Shown: positions 37,814 to 51,399, counted from the whole stretch's first letter. The stretch: 63,996 nucleotides of DNA, filler included, from Catajapyx aquilonaris (GCA_000934665.2; 3 parts of 3 records of this genome joined end to end with filler, not necessarily neighbours in it), one strand, 5' to 3'. Translations and numbers: made by a program. The notes: a model not told the origin generated them from the letters alone.

Positions 37814-37963
37814 TGTACTATGGGGCTCAAATTGTTTTGGCCACTTTATCGTGGTCTTGAAGCAACCCTTCACACACACACACCTGCTCAACGTGGGGCC
37901 TGTGCGAAGGGTTGCTTCAAGACCAGGATGAAGTGGCCAAAACAATTTGAGCCCCATAGTACA
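37814..37963. repeat. Palindromic MITE
   Basis: tgtactatggggctcaaattgttttggccactt..tcttgaagcaaccctt and its inverse. Confidence 0.8.
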
Positions 37964-38014
37964 TCTAAAGCAAATAAAGTGCCAGATGCCCATCAATGGG
38001 TGGTGCACTAACCC

Positions 38015-38081
<67 letters not shown>
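38015..38081 (+). repeat. (TTA)n microsatellite, probably a retroposon tail
   Basis: Pure ATT repeat. Confidence 0.9.
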
Positions 38082-38082
<1 letters not shown>

Positions 38083-38083
<1 letters not shown>

Positions 38084-39310
38084 AGGTAAAATCCCATTAC
38101 AATGAAGCCCGCGGGACCGGGTACATCATTTCGTAATAACGGAATTTCGTTAAATCGAGATTGGTTATCTTTATTTCCTAAATGCAGTGTGCCTTAGAGG
38201 TTACAAACAAATATCACTTCTGATCTCCCGAATTGTGAATTAATAAGGAGATAGGTCAAATAAGTCAAAAATAAATAAATAAAATTATGCCCTGTCCAGA
38301 AAAGCAGTCATTTTGGTTTGAACCAGGTTTGAACCAAGCGTTGGGTTTCACTTATTGTCATTAGGTAAGTTTCAACACCAGCAACGCGATGGAAGATTAC
38401 ATCCGGGATGTCAACGTGAGTTGTCAAGAAGGGGGGGAAGTAAAGCCGGCGGTCCCGTGTGCTTGTGACATTTCGCGAGTGCACGTTAAAGATCCCCGAG
38501 TGGCCAAATTTCCAGGAGGAGGATCACCCCCTGCCGTAGGTGTTGAGCCTTAGCAGCAGAAATAGGCCGACGTTAAGCCCCACTGATTAGTGGTTAAGAA
38601 GCGCTTGACTCTTTCCATTGCAGAAAGTACATCTCTGATTGTCATTGTCTCTTCGTGATGCTCTTCCCCCACTTCTTCACCCTCGTTGTCACTGTCATCT
38701 GAGTCATGTGAGGGGGTGAAAATCAAAAACCGACAGCTCCAGAAAATAAAAAAAATGAGTTAGCGCCGGAAATGCATTCCTCATGCCATGGACTACATAA
38801 TACCTGAATATGGTATCAAAAAACCTACATATGTACATGGGAATAGCTGCTAAATTCAGGAATTTACATTGACATATACAGCGAAACTGTAGGTTTTTCT
38901 CGTTTTTCTTTGTTATGTTTATGACGGAGCTGTCGGTTTTGATTTTCACCCCCTCATGTGTGGGAACCATATCGGTACTTCTTGGCGCCACCCCTGCAAG
39001 TATGTCCGAATCTGTCAACTCCTGGCACACTTGTACGTCGTTGTACGGCGCACTCGCTTATCTCTATATAAACAGTGCTGGAGCATGTGTGGCGGAGCAT
39101 TTCACTAGTGCATATTTCTTTATATCGGGTTCAATACTAGCCAGGGAACCACATTTCATATTCGTTGTACTGAAAATTTCGTAGTAACGGATTTCGTAAT
39201 AACGGGATTACAAATACATTGCTCTTACGGCTGGCCAACCAAAATTATATTTTTATTGCGTTCTATTGAAATTTCGTTGTATTGGTATTCGCTAAAACGA
39301 GATTTTACTG
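38083..39310. mobile_element. Tigger/pogo-like non-autonomous element with nested SINE body and MITE
   Basis: TA|caggtaaaatcc ... gagattttactg|TA. Nested inverted repeat gagggggtgaaaatcaaaaaccgacagctcc at about 38705-38960 and SINE body at 38432-38585. Confidence 0.6.
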
Positions 39311-41521
39311 TATTATTATAATAATATTTCCATCCCCTCATTGCTATGAGCCTAAAAGGCTAGAGAAGCTGCATAATAAGGCAACATCATGAGTCAATTG
39401 AGAGCTACGGTGCTCTCACAACTGCCACAAGCGCATTGTCCTATTGTAATATTTTTATTGCAAATATATTACCGAGTAGATTACAGATTTCTCCTTAATT
39501 CCACACAAAGTGGTCTGCATACTCGTTTTATAGTGTGCAGTACATGATTCCTCCTCTGGACAGACTAAGTGCTGCATGCCAACAATTTATAATGAGTGTA
39601 TGGCAAGTAATAAATAAATGACAATTAAACTTGGAGAGTTCCATTGTGAGAATTTTTCCCCTACATCATGCATCACCATGTCTCGCTTTTCAGATCTGCA
39701 TGAAAATGTAGCCTACTGTATACTTTAAGCCTACATGTCTATCATCAGGACAATGTATGGAATATGGAGTGCACAATTAATCATAATATAAGCCAATTTT
39801 GCGCTTTAAATAATAATTAAATTATTATTTAATTTTAATTTTGCAATTTTGTTTATGCATCTTGGTGTCAACATACCCACGACATACCGTAAAATACAGT
39901 AATTTGGTGGCCTGCACAGTAACGACATCTGGCACAGGTTTACCCCGCCAACCCCGCCATCTGGCGACGACTGTGTCAATGAAGCCGGAGAGTGACGCCC
40001 TCAATCCACCATATCTAGAATATAAGTTAGTTACCAGACGTTGCAGGCTGATACCGGACCAAGTGGGACGTTCTGGCCCACCCTTTTTGGCGGAAGGTGT
40101 TCGACCTGTGATTCTAGTGTACCGTACTCATGCGGAAACTACGTTTGCCCCCGGTGCGCTGCTGAGACCCTTAGGAAAACTAGCCCACGTTCGAAGGATT
40201 TTGGGAACGAAGGTGAGTCACTCGCTCATGCACCGCGCTGTTGCCGCTTTTGATCAGGAGCTCAACGTAGCCCATTTTTGACACAAACCTGTGTGCAAAG
40301 GAGCTTCCTTTCCGAACCTAACTGCTGTTGAGTCAGTTACCCGAACAGAAACTAGACTATTTGGTTGGGTTGAACCGGGCATAATTCCAACCCTGGGGCA
40401 TTCCATTGCGCTCATTTTATCGTGTTTGTTGCAATTTTATGGCTTTGGGAGCGCGAGGGGACCATGGGCAGGTGTGTGCATTATTGTTGCAGGTTCTTGT
40501 ACCTTTTCTGGGAGTTGTCAATAAAGGTGCCTTATGAGGGAGTGCTGAGTCTGCTAAAGTTAAGCTGACAATGCGATTTTAGGGTTATGTTTTGACAGCA
40601 TGAACTGTGTATTTGGCATGGGATACGCAGTTGCAATATTCTGACTACATGCTTGATGTGATTGCAAATAGGTTTTCCATGCATGATACATTTGCCAGAT
40701 GAGGACCGCTGGTGTGTAGGTGGAGCATTATTTTTCTTGTGCAGTAGAGCACCAATTGAGGCTTTGATGTGCGTAGAAACAGTGGCGAAGCATGAAGGGA
40801 GACAGAGGGAGTTGATAGGACAGTATAGCTAAATGATACATTACATTCCCATGAGACACGCTCGACTATCCTGCAATATCATGAAACATTAACGAGAAAA
40901 TATTGTTGTCGCTGTTGTGTCATTTGTGCACTGCCGGCCGATTCCTTACATCCAAATTTAAAGAAACTTACGCATGTAGCATCGCATCCCTGTTTAATTT
41001 ACACCTTCATGCATGTGTTTTTTGGTCAATTCAGTTGCTGTTAATGATGGGCTTTTCTTAAATATGCAAAAAGCACAATTTTGTACCATACCAAACTAAT
41101 AAATAACCTGACAGAAACTGACACATGCCACTCCTTAATAATTTGATCTTACATAGTACCTTGTATCACATCAATTCTCTGCATGTAAGGTTGTAAATCA
41201 TATCTCTTTTGACATGTCAATATTGAGAAGACAGAAAGAAGTATGATTTGGAAAGTGATTGCAGTATTAAAATGTGAGAGAGAATACGATGATTTATAAT
41301 ACTTACAATGGAAAGACGGTTTTTTTACGCTTCCAGTTTGATTTGTTTTTTACCTGTTGTTGTCAGGTTGTTTTTAAAATGCATTTAATGACATTCTCCC
41401 CAGGCTATACATAATTATATTCCCAGTGTAATGGAAAAGTCCGCAATATTGTAAACAGCCCTAATGGCGACATTAACTGACAATGTCGTCAGTTAACAAA
41501 TATATTTAAACTAAAAAAAAA

Positions 41522-41800
41522 ACGAAGCAGGTTGGCATAGTGGATAAGGCGTCCGACTGCTAATCGGGAGGTCCTGGGTTCGAATCCCGGGGCCGGCAAC
41601 TCCGACCATGGTTTTCTGTGGTTTCCCACGGTCCTTCCAGGTAAATTCCGGAGTTGCTTCCGTAATTAATAGGCCACAGCTGCTTCCTTCCGTCCCTGTC
41701 CTGTCCCAAAGAGCACAGTAAAATGAAAGCAAAGAGTTCAGGCAAAACAAAATTCCCCCCTAAAGAGCCGATGGCTGATAACAGGGTATGAATTATTATT
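41522..41800 (+). mobile_element. tRNA-derived SINE type B
   Basis: Near-identical to 23696-23970. Confidence 0.85.
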
Positions 41801-41949
41801 ATATTATTTTTGGGATGTAAGTAGGTTTCCTGATTAATACTTGGGAGACATAATCACATCTTGTTGATATTAGAAATGTTGATAAGGTATTTCTTGACCA
41901 TTTAATACCTACATTGTTGTTGAGGACAGAATTTATTACAGTCATATAT

Positions 41950-42944
41950 AGTGCATTTCTGTATCACTTCATCCTGATAAAATTAAAAATGTCACCCACC
42001 ATCTCAGATTTTCTTGAAATTTTAAATGTGTAAACTGTGTACTGAGAAACTAATAACCTGAAAATTTCAGCTTCGTAGCTCTTACAGTACTTGATCAGAT
42101 GGTAAAGATACTGATAATGTGAGCGCCAGCTAGGATAAAGTCAAAAAGCGTATGAGCTGAAAAGATTAATATTTTGTAATATAAGTGAACTGTATGCTTC
42201 GTTTTTATTTACATATCGAGATGTGAAAGTAGATATATGTAGTCCTGTGCACTACCAGCAAAGCAATGCGCTCTTGCAAAATCACCAGGAACACATTCTG
42301 TATGCTTCTGCAGTTTTACGAAAAATCAAAGTGACTTATAACATGTATGTTAAAATGAGTTTTGTTTTGGTGCTGTGCCTGTATAAAAACAATTAGCATC
42401 AAATGTCATAGGAATATAAAAGTAGTTTGTCAATAGAAATTCCTTGTTAATTGACACTCTGTGTTTATATAGCATTATCTATGTGAAAAACCAAAATACA
42501 CAATTAAATTTATACACCACCTGAAATTACACTTCAAGACCTTTGTTGTGGTGAAATTTCATTAAAATCTGGTGATAGCCGTTTTGGGTATTAGCTGTTA
42601 AAGTGTCAAGGTCATGACGATTCCTGCTAACAATATTTGCTTGATTAGAGTGTGAAGATATGATCTTAGTACAAATTTGACTGCATTTTTGTAATCTGCA
42701 TGTTTCTTGACATATGTACTGTATTTCTCAACTTTCTACAGTTATTAGTTATTTATACAATGAATATTTTGATAAACAAGTCGTGCTTTCGAGACTCTGC
42801 CATAGCCATAACTCAAGAACTATAAGAGCTAGGAAGCTGAAATTTTCAGGTTATTAGTTTCTCAGTGCACAGTTTACACATATGAAATCAAGGATATCTG
42901 AGATGGTGGGTGACATGCCTGGACGAACTGATGTGGAATGACCC
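41950..42944. mobile_element. Foldback MITE (gggtcattcc-ended)
   Basis: Inverted arms about 41989-42084 / 42821-42916 (atgtcacccaccatctcagat..ctgagaaactaataacctgaaaatttcagctt). Confidence 0.7.
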
Positions 42945-43041
42945 GTAAGATTAAAATACAGGGTCTCCATGTACAGGTCGATTTAGTTATAGGAAATTTT
43001 GCTCGAAGCTGTTATTTTTTTGTAACTTGCTGTGTCCCAAT

Positions 43042-43141
43042 NNNNNNNNNNNNNNNNNNNNNNNNNNNNNNNNNNNNNNNNNNNNTTAATTAATTAANNN
43101 NNNNNNNNNNNNNNNNNNNNNNNNNNNNNNNNNNNNNNNNN
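43042..43141. other. Assembly gap (N-run with TTAATTAATTAA linker)
   Basis: 100-bp N block. Confidence 0.97.
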
Positions 43142-43795
43142 AAGGGGGCGCCTCTTCGGAAGGGGGCGCCTTCGGCGCCCCCCATCGGGTTGCGCCCTTG
43201 GCGGGGGCCAATTTCGCCACCCCCTAGGTACGCCCCTGGGGGTGTGTGTACATTGTTGAGATTGTCATGCTTGTATGTCGGTGAAATATAACTCCAGGAG
43301 TGTACAATTTTGGATTTGGAATTAAGTTCTGTATGGCTACATATGCATTTATTTATTTTTTAATCGAAAGGGGTCGAGTCACAGCCATTTCCTGAATTGA
43401 CACTGATGGAATGACCCAGTTCTAAGTTACCGGTATGTAAAATTTGACTTAGGTATAATGTTGTGGAATGATCCACTTATGTAATTCGGTGTTGTCTGTA
43501 TGTGGCACGTATTAAAGCATATCAAAAGTGAAAACTACAAAAATGAACCAACTTGTTCATGTGAGCTCAGTGTTTCTTAGTCTAGGCTCCAGATCTAGAA
43601 ATACAAGTGATAAAAGTATTCGAACATAATTCTCTATTACTACCATGCAGTGCAGTGGGTGGAAAAAGGTCACCCAATTGCAATTTTTGAAAGGAAACCG
43701 GTAATTAGTATTAAGTTAGTATTCAAGTTGTAATAGACTGTCTGTTTCCATTCAGTTGCATGGTACAGGCACCTTAAATTTAAAAATAGTTTTCA

Positions 43796-45387
43796 TCAAC
43801 TTACTGGTGGTGTTGGTGGAAAGCAGGTTGTCCCTTCCAGTTCATATGAACTCTCCAGTGTGTTTGCTATATCATATTGGGATCCTCCAAGATGATACCA
43901 GAGCCCTGTTAGAGTTGACTCATAAGGATCAGGCTCACGATGTATAGAAAGAATTGTTTCACTCCCTACTTGCGGGATCAATGAGTCTTCTCGACTATAA
44001 CATTAATATTGCTGCTGTCAACATGCATTTCCTTGAGGATTAGTAATGCTGGTGTGCATGACTGATAGTACGAGGTTGGTTTGAAAAGTTTGGCCTCCTA
44101 TGCGATAATTTCAACAACACAAGACCGTATGTCTGGTGAAAGCTTGGAATGTCCTCTACCAGAGGATTTCATTACTTTTCCACTTAGTCACCATCCCTAT
44201 CCACACGCATGTGCCAAAGTCAGACCAGTTGTTGCATTCCGTCAGAGTCTATATCAGGAGTCTTATCCTGGCACAGGAAATGCACATATGGTTGCACCTC
44301 TGCATCACTGGTGTAATGGTGTCACTTTCAGTGTTCTTTCAGCTTCATGAAAAGGAAAAAGTCGCAAGGTAAGAGATCCGGGGTATATGGCGTCTGATGT
44401 TGCAATGCAGCTTGCCTTTGTCGACTCGTGTGTAGGATTGGTGTAGGATTGCCATACAGCCCGGATCTCGCACTGTGACTTTTTTCCTTAAAGATCACCT
44501 GCAGGGACATTGTTACACCAGTGATGAGGAGATGCAAGCAGATTTGCATCGCTGGTGCTGGAAGATATCTTCTACGACGGGATGCAACAACTGGTCTGAC
44601 TTTGGCACATGCATGTTGATAGAGATGGTGACTAAGTGAAAAAGTAATGGCACCCTCTGGTAGAGGGCATTCCAAGCTTTCAGCAGACATACGGTTTATG
44701 TGAGTATCTTGCCTATTATTGAAATTATTACATAGGAGGCAAAACCTTTCAAAGCAACCTCTTTCATCCAGAACAAATGGTTGATCATTGGTATTAATTT
44801 TGTTTAGAATATTGTTACCCTCAATGAATAACAAGATATCAACCACTAGTTTTGAATTTACTATTGATCGCCCACCCCATCCTAAATGTTTTTTACCATC
44901 TGCGGATTGTAAAACATAGATCGGGAGGCTCCTCAACTGCTTCGTCAGCAAGAGGACCCAGCGGATCAAATTCTTGTTCATTGATTGCAAAGTTGTATGC
45001 TGCTTCGCACTCACTCCGTTCGCCAAACAATTCAATGAATATTTGAATTCTTCTTCTACGTCTTAGAACATATCTATATGTCTCTTCATATTCTTCATAG
45101 AAATCTTGACCAAAAGGACAGCCTCGCTTTTTTGCCTTTGCAAATATAAATGCTCTGTCAACATCATCAAATCCCTTTGGATCAAGGAGCTCTTCAAACA
45201 AAAATTGCAATTTCCTGAAGAACTTATTATTTTTATTCAGGAAGCATTTTGAGCCGACTTGTAATGCATCAATAAGGTGCATTACAGGTGGTTTCAAAAA
45301 CATGCTCTGGGGTTTAAGCATGTATTTGCCCAGATATGTATCGCCTAGGCGGTTGTGCCTTTGCCAGTAGTGATAATCTTCTAACAT
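43796..45387 (-). pseudogene. Unidentified decayed coding sequence interrupted by a mariner MITE
   Basis: 164-aa ORF 44893-45387 with protein-like composition continues by frameshift (ADGKKHLGWGG..FVLDER) to the MITE edge. Coding-like sequence resumes beyond it (43796-43981). Confidence 0.4.
44071..44761. mobile_element. Mariner-derived foldback MITE
   Basis: Arms about 44071-44330 / 44510-44761; remnant PYTPDLLPCDFFLFMKLKEH (mariner YSPDLAPxD motif) on the minus strand. Confidence 0.8.
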
Positions 45388-45946
45388 GATTGCTTGTTGC
45401 TCTTTGTCACCTTGAATTTAAAATCTGAAATATATGGAAAATGTTAATTTGTAGTTTTAAATTATTTACATGGATGCAAATATTACAGGAAAATAGACGG
45501 TAGTGTCCTCAGTAATAAAGTGGGTCGCATTCAACACATACAAAGCTAGCATGAAAAATCCCTCAAGAAAGTCCCCGAACCTGCAGTGATGCCAATCTAT
45601 TTTTCTTACAATCATAAAATGACCTAGGAAACACAACCAAACACATACATTTGACTGAGCAACCTGTGGGAGTGTGGGCCGATTGTGGTGACATGTCATG
45701 ATGCCACAGTGTGCCTTGTGACCCTTGACCTCTGATGAGTGTTATTTGACCATTATAACATATTTCTACTGTGTCAGAACTTGGAACAGGGTGTTCCAAG
45801 TTCTTGGGGCCTTTTAGTTACAGGAAATTTCACTCAAAGCTGCTATTTTTTGTAGCTTGTTGCTTGATCGGGGAACAACAAGCTACACAAAAATAACTAC
45901 TTCGGGTGATATTAGTGATAAATATAACTACTCATGAACTTGGAAC

Positions 45947-47772
45947 CAAAGTGCATAGAAACCAAAGATAGAATCCTACAGGGCGACACGGTGGCCGAGT
46001 GGTTAGCGCCGCAGCCTTCCACCTCTAAGGTCCCGAGTTCGATACCCGGGTCGGACGGAGGATACTTATGTGGATAGAGTTTCAATGATTTCTCTCCGTG
46101 TTCCCGTGGGTTTTCTCGGGGTTCTCCCGTTTCCTCCCACTATCAAAATCCATCACATTACAGGCAAATGATTAAAGTCGGGTATTCAAAAGATGATCCC
46201 CTAAGAGGCCCAAGGGGCCTATCACGGGGTATCCATTATTATTATTATTATGATAGAAACCTACAGGTAGCGCCGTAACGGGCCAGGCCAATTATAGCGC
46301 AGCAGTGTGTGACGTCACCGGGATGACAAAGTTTCCCGCCAATTATGAAAGACAGGCTCTGGGCATGGGGAAACGGGCTTGTGCCCGCGATTAGAGACTG
46401 AAACTCAGGTGATGTGCCATTGTACGATGTATTCTGATTGAAGGGAATGTGCTTATTAGTACTCACCTCTCACTGTCGCCCACCACCTGGGTGCAAATGA
46501 AGGCCGGATTGGACCCACTTCCGAGCCTTCTTTGCGTCGCCTCGCCTCGCCGCTGCCCGTTTCTTCGCTCCTGCATTCAGGTGGCAAATGCGAATAAATG
46601 TCCTTGTCCTGGAATACAGCCTGATCACTTCAGGGTGGATGCTGGGGAACTTCTTTTGCAGCAATTGGCGAAGCAACAGAATCACACGCTGTTCTTTTGA
46701 GGCGAAATTGCCGTGAATACTCCAGCAGAACACCACCTCAAATATATTGTCGCACAGTGTCCAGCCACCCTTCATTAGGTTGGTATTAGCCCCCCTTTGA
46801 AATCACGTCAAGCCAAGTGTCGCGAGGTTTGGACCCGCTCTGTTGACTGGTTCTTATGCCAATTGTTTGGTCTACTTTTCTTGCTCGGAAAGCGATATAA
46901 CCAGCAAGGTATCTCATGCCTTCGTTGGAGCAATCCTTTTCTTTGCGGCCAAGAGGCGTAACTACCTCCACTGAGTCATTGGTGATATCACTGGAGTCTG
47001 ATACTGTGATGCCCAACTCTTTAGCTATGTCGTCCACCTCAAAGAAGCTACGATTTTCTTCCTCAGCCTCAATTGTTACAATCAAATTGGGGTCTACACC
47101 ACATCGGAGCACTTTACCAGTCAGCAAAGGCCCTGAATCCTCCATTGCTTCGTCATTTGGTGCACTAATGCGCTCAGGGGGACATCGGCAGCATTGACTC
47201 CGAGCAGAAGCAGAGCAGAGTATCAGACTCCAGTGATATCACCAATGACTCAGTGAAGGTAGTTACGCCTCTTGGCCGCAAAGAAAAGGATTGCTCCAAC
47301 GAAGGCATGAGATACCTTGCTGGTTATATCGCTTTCCGAGCAAGAAAAGTAGACCAAACACTTGGCATAAGAACCAGTCAACAGAGTGGGTCCAACCCTC
47401 GCGACACTTGGCTTGACGTGATTTCAAAGGGGGGCTTATACCAACCTAATGAATGGTAGCTGGAAACTGTGCGACAATATATTTGAGGTGGAAGCGGGTC
47501 CAATCCGGCCTTCATTTGCACCCAGGTGGTGGGCGACAGTGAGAGGTGAGTACTGAGCACATTCCCTTCAATCAGAATACATCGTACAATGGCACATCAC
47601 CTGAGTTTCAGTCTCTAATCGCAGGCACAAGTGGGCACAAGCCCGTTTCCCCATGCCCAGAGCCTGTCTTTCATAATTGGCGGGAAATTTTGTCATCCCG
47701 GTGACGTCACATACTGCTGCGCTATAATTGGCCCGGCCCGTTATGGCTCTACCCTTCCTTCTATATACCCTG
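45947..47772. mobile_element. Non-autonomous P-element (THAP9-type) foldback derivative
   Basis: 8-bp TSD cttggaac (45939-45946, 47773-47780); ends caaagtgcatagaa / cagggtatatagaa. Both arms encode P transposase C-terminal motifs EGMRYLAGYIA..W..ISKGG; YSRTRTFIRI is present on the left arm. Confidence 0.85.
45981..46250 (+). mobile_element. tRNA-derived SINE type C with V-domain-like core
   Basis: A/B boxes; gtgggttttctcggggttctcccgtttcctccc; (TTA)n tail; 14-bp TSD gatagaa(t/a)cctaca; copy at 62498. Confidence 0.85.
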
Positions 47773-47875
47773 CTTGGAACACCCTGCATAACAGGCTTTT
47801 TCCAGAAGAAATATTAAAAATCTGTGGTAAATTTTATTATGCTTATACCTTATTTAAAGCAGCGTGCAGTATGTA

Positions 47876-50441
47876 CTATTGACCGCAAAAGTAATGTCGC
47901 GACTGTTTATGTGCTTTTGTGTTTATGTGTTGGTAATCCTGGGTGCTGCCGGGTTACGGACATGTTTATTTGGCGATGTTCCGGAATCCACAACACTCTG
48001 CTCACCGGTCACGTCCGCGGTCCCTTGGCCGCACAGTCTCGCAAGTGGCCGCACGGTCTGGGTCGCTGTTTGAGAGCGCCGCTACTTATTCGTGCAACTT
48101 ATTTCTACGAGTATAGTTTGGGTAATTCCATGTGAGATCATACAACTATGTTCACCCGACATTTTTTTTAGAAAATCAAAATTTGGCACTTAGGATCGTA
48201 TTTTGTCAAGGTCACAGGAACATATTTTTCAAACCAGATAACCGCTATAGGTCACGAGAAATGAGCGAGGTAAAAAATGGGAACTTTTCCATCCTGATGT
48301 TTACAATAACCCGATAATAATTTCTCTAATAATTATTATGCGTCCTACATACATGCAAAATGGGGCTTAATATTCTACAAGGTAACGCCGAACTCACAGA
48401 TAACCTCCAACAAATTCTACGATTAAAATTACGTGTCATTTTGGCAGGTCATATCCCTTCAATGGTGCAAGTTTCATATTTGCCCTCGTATTAGGGTCCG
48501 AGATGTAAAATACAGTATAAATAAGGTGGCCGGGTGCGCCTGGGTCATTCTATGACAAGACGTCCAAGTTGGTGGCTCGGCCATCTCAGAATGTATTGTT
48601 GTAACCCCCATATATTATAGTACGTAAGTTATATGAACGGGCGTGAGATGGACATACATTTTGGAGGCAACGTAACGGTTTTAACCTAGAGCGTAAAATG
48701 GCGATACTAAAAAATTCCCATTGTTGTGCAAAAAGGACACATTTCAGGTGGTCCAATGAAATTGTTAACCGCATGCTAAGAGTATGAAATTAATGTGGTG
48801 AGTACATGGTCATCTACTCATTACCCCTGGAGAAGGAAAACATCACAAGCCTCTATTCTATCTTGGAAATAATAAATCCTGACATGTCCGTTTTTCCATC
48901 ATTTGGTCATTTTTTTTTCCTCTTATGTGACACTGGGCAATTTTAAATTTACACGTGTTCAAATAAGCGCCATGTCATGCTTGACCTATCTATTTAAGAA
49001 AGGTTCAGTTCCCCTGAGAGCCTCACCAGCAGAAAATCTCAAAATTCAGGACCAAGATGACCAAATGATGGAAAAACGGACATGTCAGGACAACAATACA
49101 TTCTGAGATGGCCGAGCCACCAACTTGCCCTCCATGTCATAGAATGACCCAGACGCTCTAGGCCACCTTATTTATTTTATATCTCGGACCCTATTTATTT
49201 ATTTTATTTATTTATTTTTATTTACACCCTTGAGGCCTTCTGGCCTATGTAGGGGGGAGATTTTTCCACCATTTTCTGACTCTCCAGTGCTGGGATAGAG
49301 GGGGGGACAGTGGTGCAAGTGCAATGTCTCATGGTGGAGGACGTGTGCAATCCCTCAGAGGGCTAGGTTGACAAGACGACCCTCTAGATGCGGGTCAGAG
49401 ACCTCCCACAAACGCTGCACCTCCTCCAGTATGGGACAGGGATGGGAAAGGCAGGAAGCGGCTGTGGCCTACTAATTTAGGAAACAACTCCGGTATTCAC
49501 CTGGGGTGACCGTGGGAAACCACAGAAAACCACAGTCAGAGTTGCCGGCCTGGGGATTCGATCCCTGGACCTCCCGATTCGCAGCCGGATACCAAATCCC
49601 CTCGGCTACTGCTGCTTCGGTTCTCGGACCCTATTACGAACACAACAATGGAAATGCATACCACTGAAAGGTTATGGGTAGCAGATTACTCACAAAAATG
49701 TTCGCAAAATTGGACTCGGTGCTGGTCGTCACGTCAAGGGTCACGCAACTTCGTAATATTGCGGAAAAGGGCGAAAGAGGTGCATCCGGCCTCCTTATTT
49801 GCTGTATTTTACATCTCGGACCCTAATACGAGGGCAAATATGAAACTTGCACCACTGAAGGGATATGACCTGCCAAAATGTCACGTAATTTTAATCGTGG
49901 AATTTGTTGGAGGTTATCTGCGAGTTCGGCGTTACCTTGTAGAATATTAAGCCCCATTTTGCATGTATGTAGGACGCATAATAATTATTAGAGAAATTAT
50001 TATCGGGTTATTGTAAACATCAGGATGGAAAAGTTCCCATTTTTTACCTCGCTCATTTCTCGTGACCTATAGCGGTTATCTGGTTTGAAAAATATGTTCC
50101 TGTGACCTCGACAAAATACGATCCTAAGTGCCAAATTTTGATTTTCTAAAAAAAATGTCGGGTGAACATAGTTGTATGATCTCACATGGAATTACCCAAA
50201 CTATACTCGTAGAAATAAGTTGCACGAATAAGTAGCGGCGCTCTCAAGCAGCTACCCAGACCGTGCGGCAACTTGCGGGACTGTGCGACCAAGGGACCGC
50301 GGCCGTGACCGGTGAGCAGCGTGTTGTGGATTCCGCAACATCGCCAAATCAACATGTCCGTATCCTGGCAGCGCCCAGGATTACCAACACTTAAACACAA
50401 AAGCACATAAACAGTCGCGACATTACTTTTGCGGTCAATAG
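47876..50441. mobile_element. Tc1-like foldback element with about 660-bp inverted arms
   Basis: TA|ctattgaccgcaaaagtaatg ... cattacttttgcggtcaatag|TA. Arms about 47876-48540 / 49782-50441, with extra internal inversions and a SINE insertion. Confidence 0.85.
49196..49621 (-). mobile_element. tRNA-derived SINE type B, long body
   Basis: 14-bp TSD tctcggaccctatt (49182-49195, 49622-49635); near-identical to 55796-56211. Confidence 0.85.
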
Positions 50442-51196
50442 TACAGTAGTTCATTAAAAACCTCTGAATAGCCTATAATTTATGGTGTCTAGGAACATAT
50501 TTGGATTATCTGTGCTTTCCAATTATCCGGCACACCCATGCACTCATTAGCGTGGATAATAATAATCAGGAGTACAGTGTAGTTCAACAATTGAAGCATA
50601 TAACTCAAAGGGATGTAGGTGCCCAAATATTCAGAGTTGCGTTTTGCATGCAAAAGTTATGTTTGTGACATGTTAATAATGTCTGCAATGTTGTAAGTCC
50701 CAGAACTTGACAAAGAAGGCTGTATCGAGTCTCACCAAAACCAGCTTATGAGCACTTCCAGCTTTCTCACTGATGGCACTTACATCTTTTGATATTTGCA
50801 ATTTCACAAGGTACTCCTATTCCTATGAACTACTTTTCTGGTACTGCAAATGAATATGATCATGACAAGTGGACATTGATGCATGCTGTAACGAGTAAAA
50901 TTTTGGGATGTGTAGGACCGTTCCTACACACTTTTCGTTGATTTCCCAGGTTTCACGTTTTTCACACTTACATCCCTTTGACTTTTACCATTCAATTTAT
51001 TGAGACAGATCCGTCCACTGTGGTATGGTCACAGTGTATGTATGCCCACTTCTCTGTCCATTGTATGAAATGGTGGAATGAACGTCTTCTTGAATGATGT
51101 TTAGTGATACATTTTTTAATGTTGTGGAGAATATTTGCCATTGATGATGTGACCATCTACTGAAATAGCAGTGTTGTCTTAATGAAGCAGAGGTAA

Positions 51197-51355
51197 GGGA
51201 GGCAGAGTGGCACTGCGGTAACCTATGCACCAACGGTCCACGGATGTTAAGGTCCTGGGTTCGATCCCAGCCCGGGGACACCGCCTTCATCACACACACA
51301 CCCAGGGTAGGAAAGTCATGGGCCGATTAAAACGATGCAGCATGGCGTAAGTAAT
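51197..51355 (+). mobile_element. tRNA-derived SINE, additional family
   Basis: A-box-like gtggcactgcgg and B box ggttcgatccc. Confidence 0.5.
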
Positions 51356-51399
51356 GAACAATTATATTTAAAAACAATTATACTACACAGAGAAAGATA

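Larger units (their letters stand above)
45787..47786. mobile_element. Tc1/mariner MITE whose right TIR is split by a P-element insertion
   Basis: Left TIR cagggtgttccaagttc; right TIR gaacttggaac|accctg interrupted at 45946/47773. Confidence 0.7.

Noticed and set aside
39841..40524. GC-richer block with 146-aa and 77-aa ORFs, possible solo LTR
   Set aside because: No protein motif, second copy, TSD or PBS could be identified.
48132..50185. Two nearly identical 61-aa ORFs on opposite strands
   Set aside because: A consequence of the foldback arms; non-ATG starts and no coding features.
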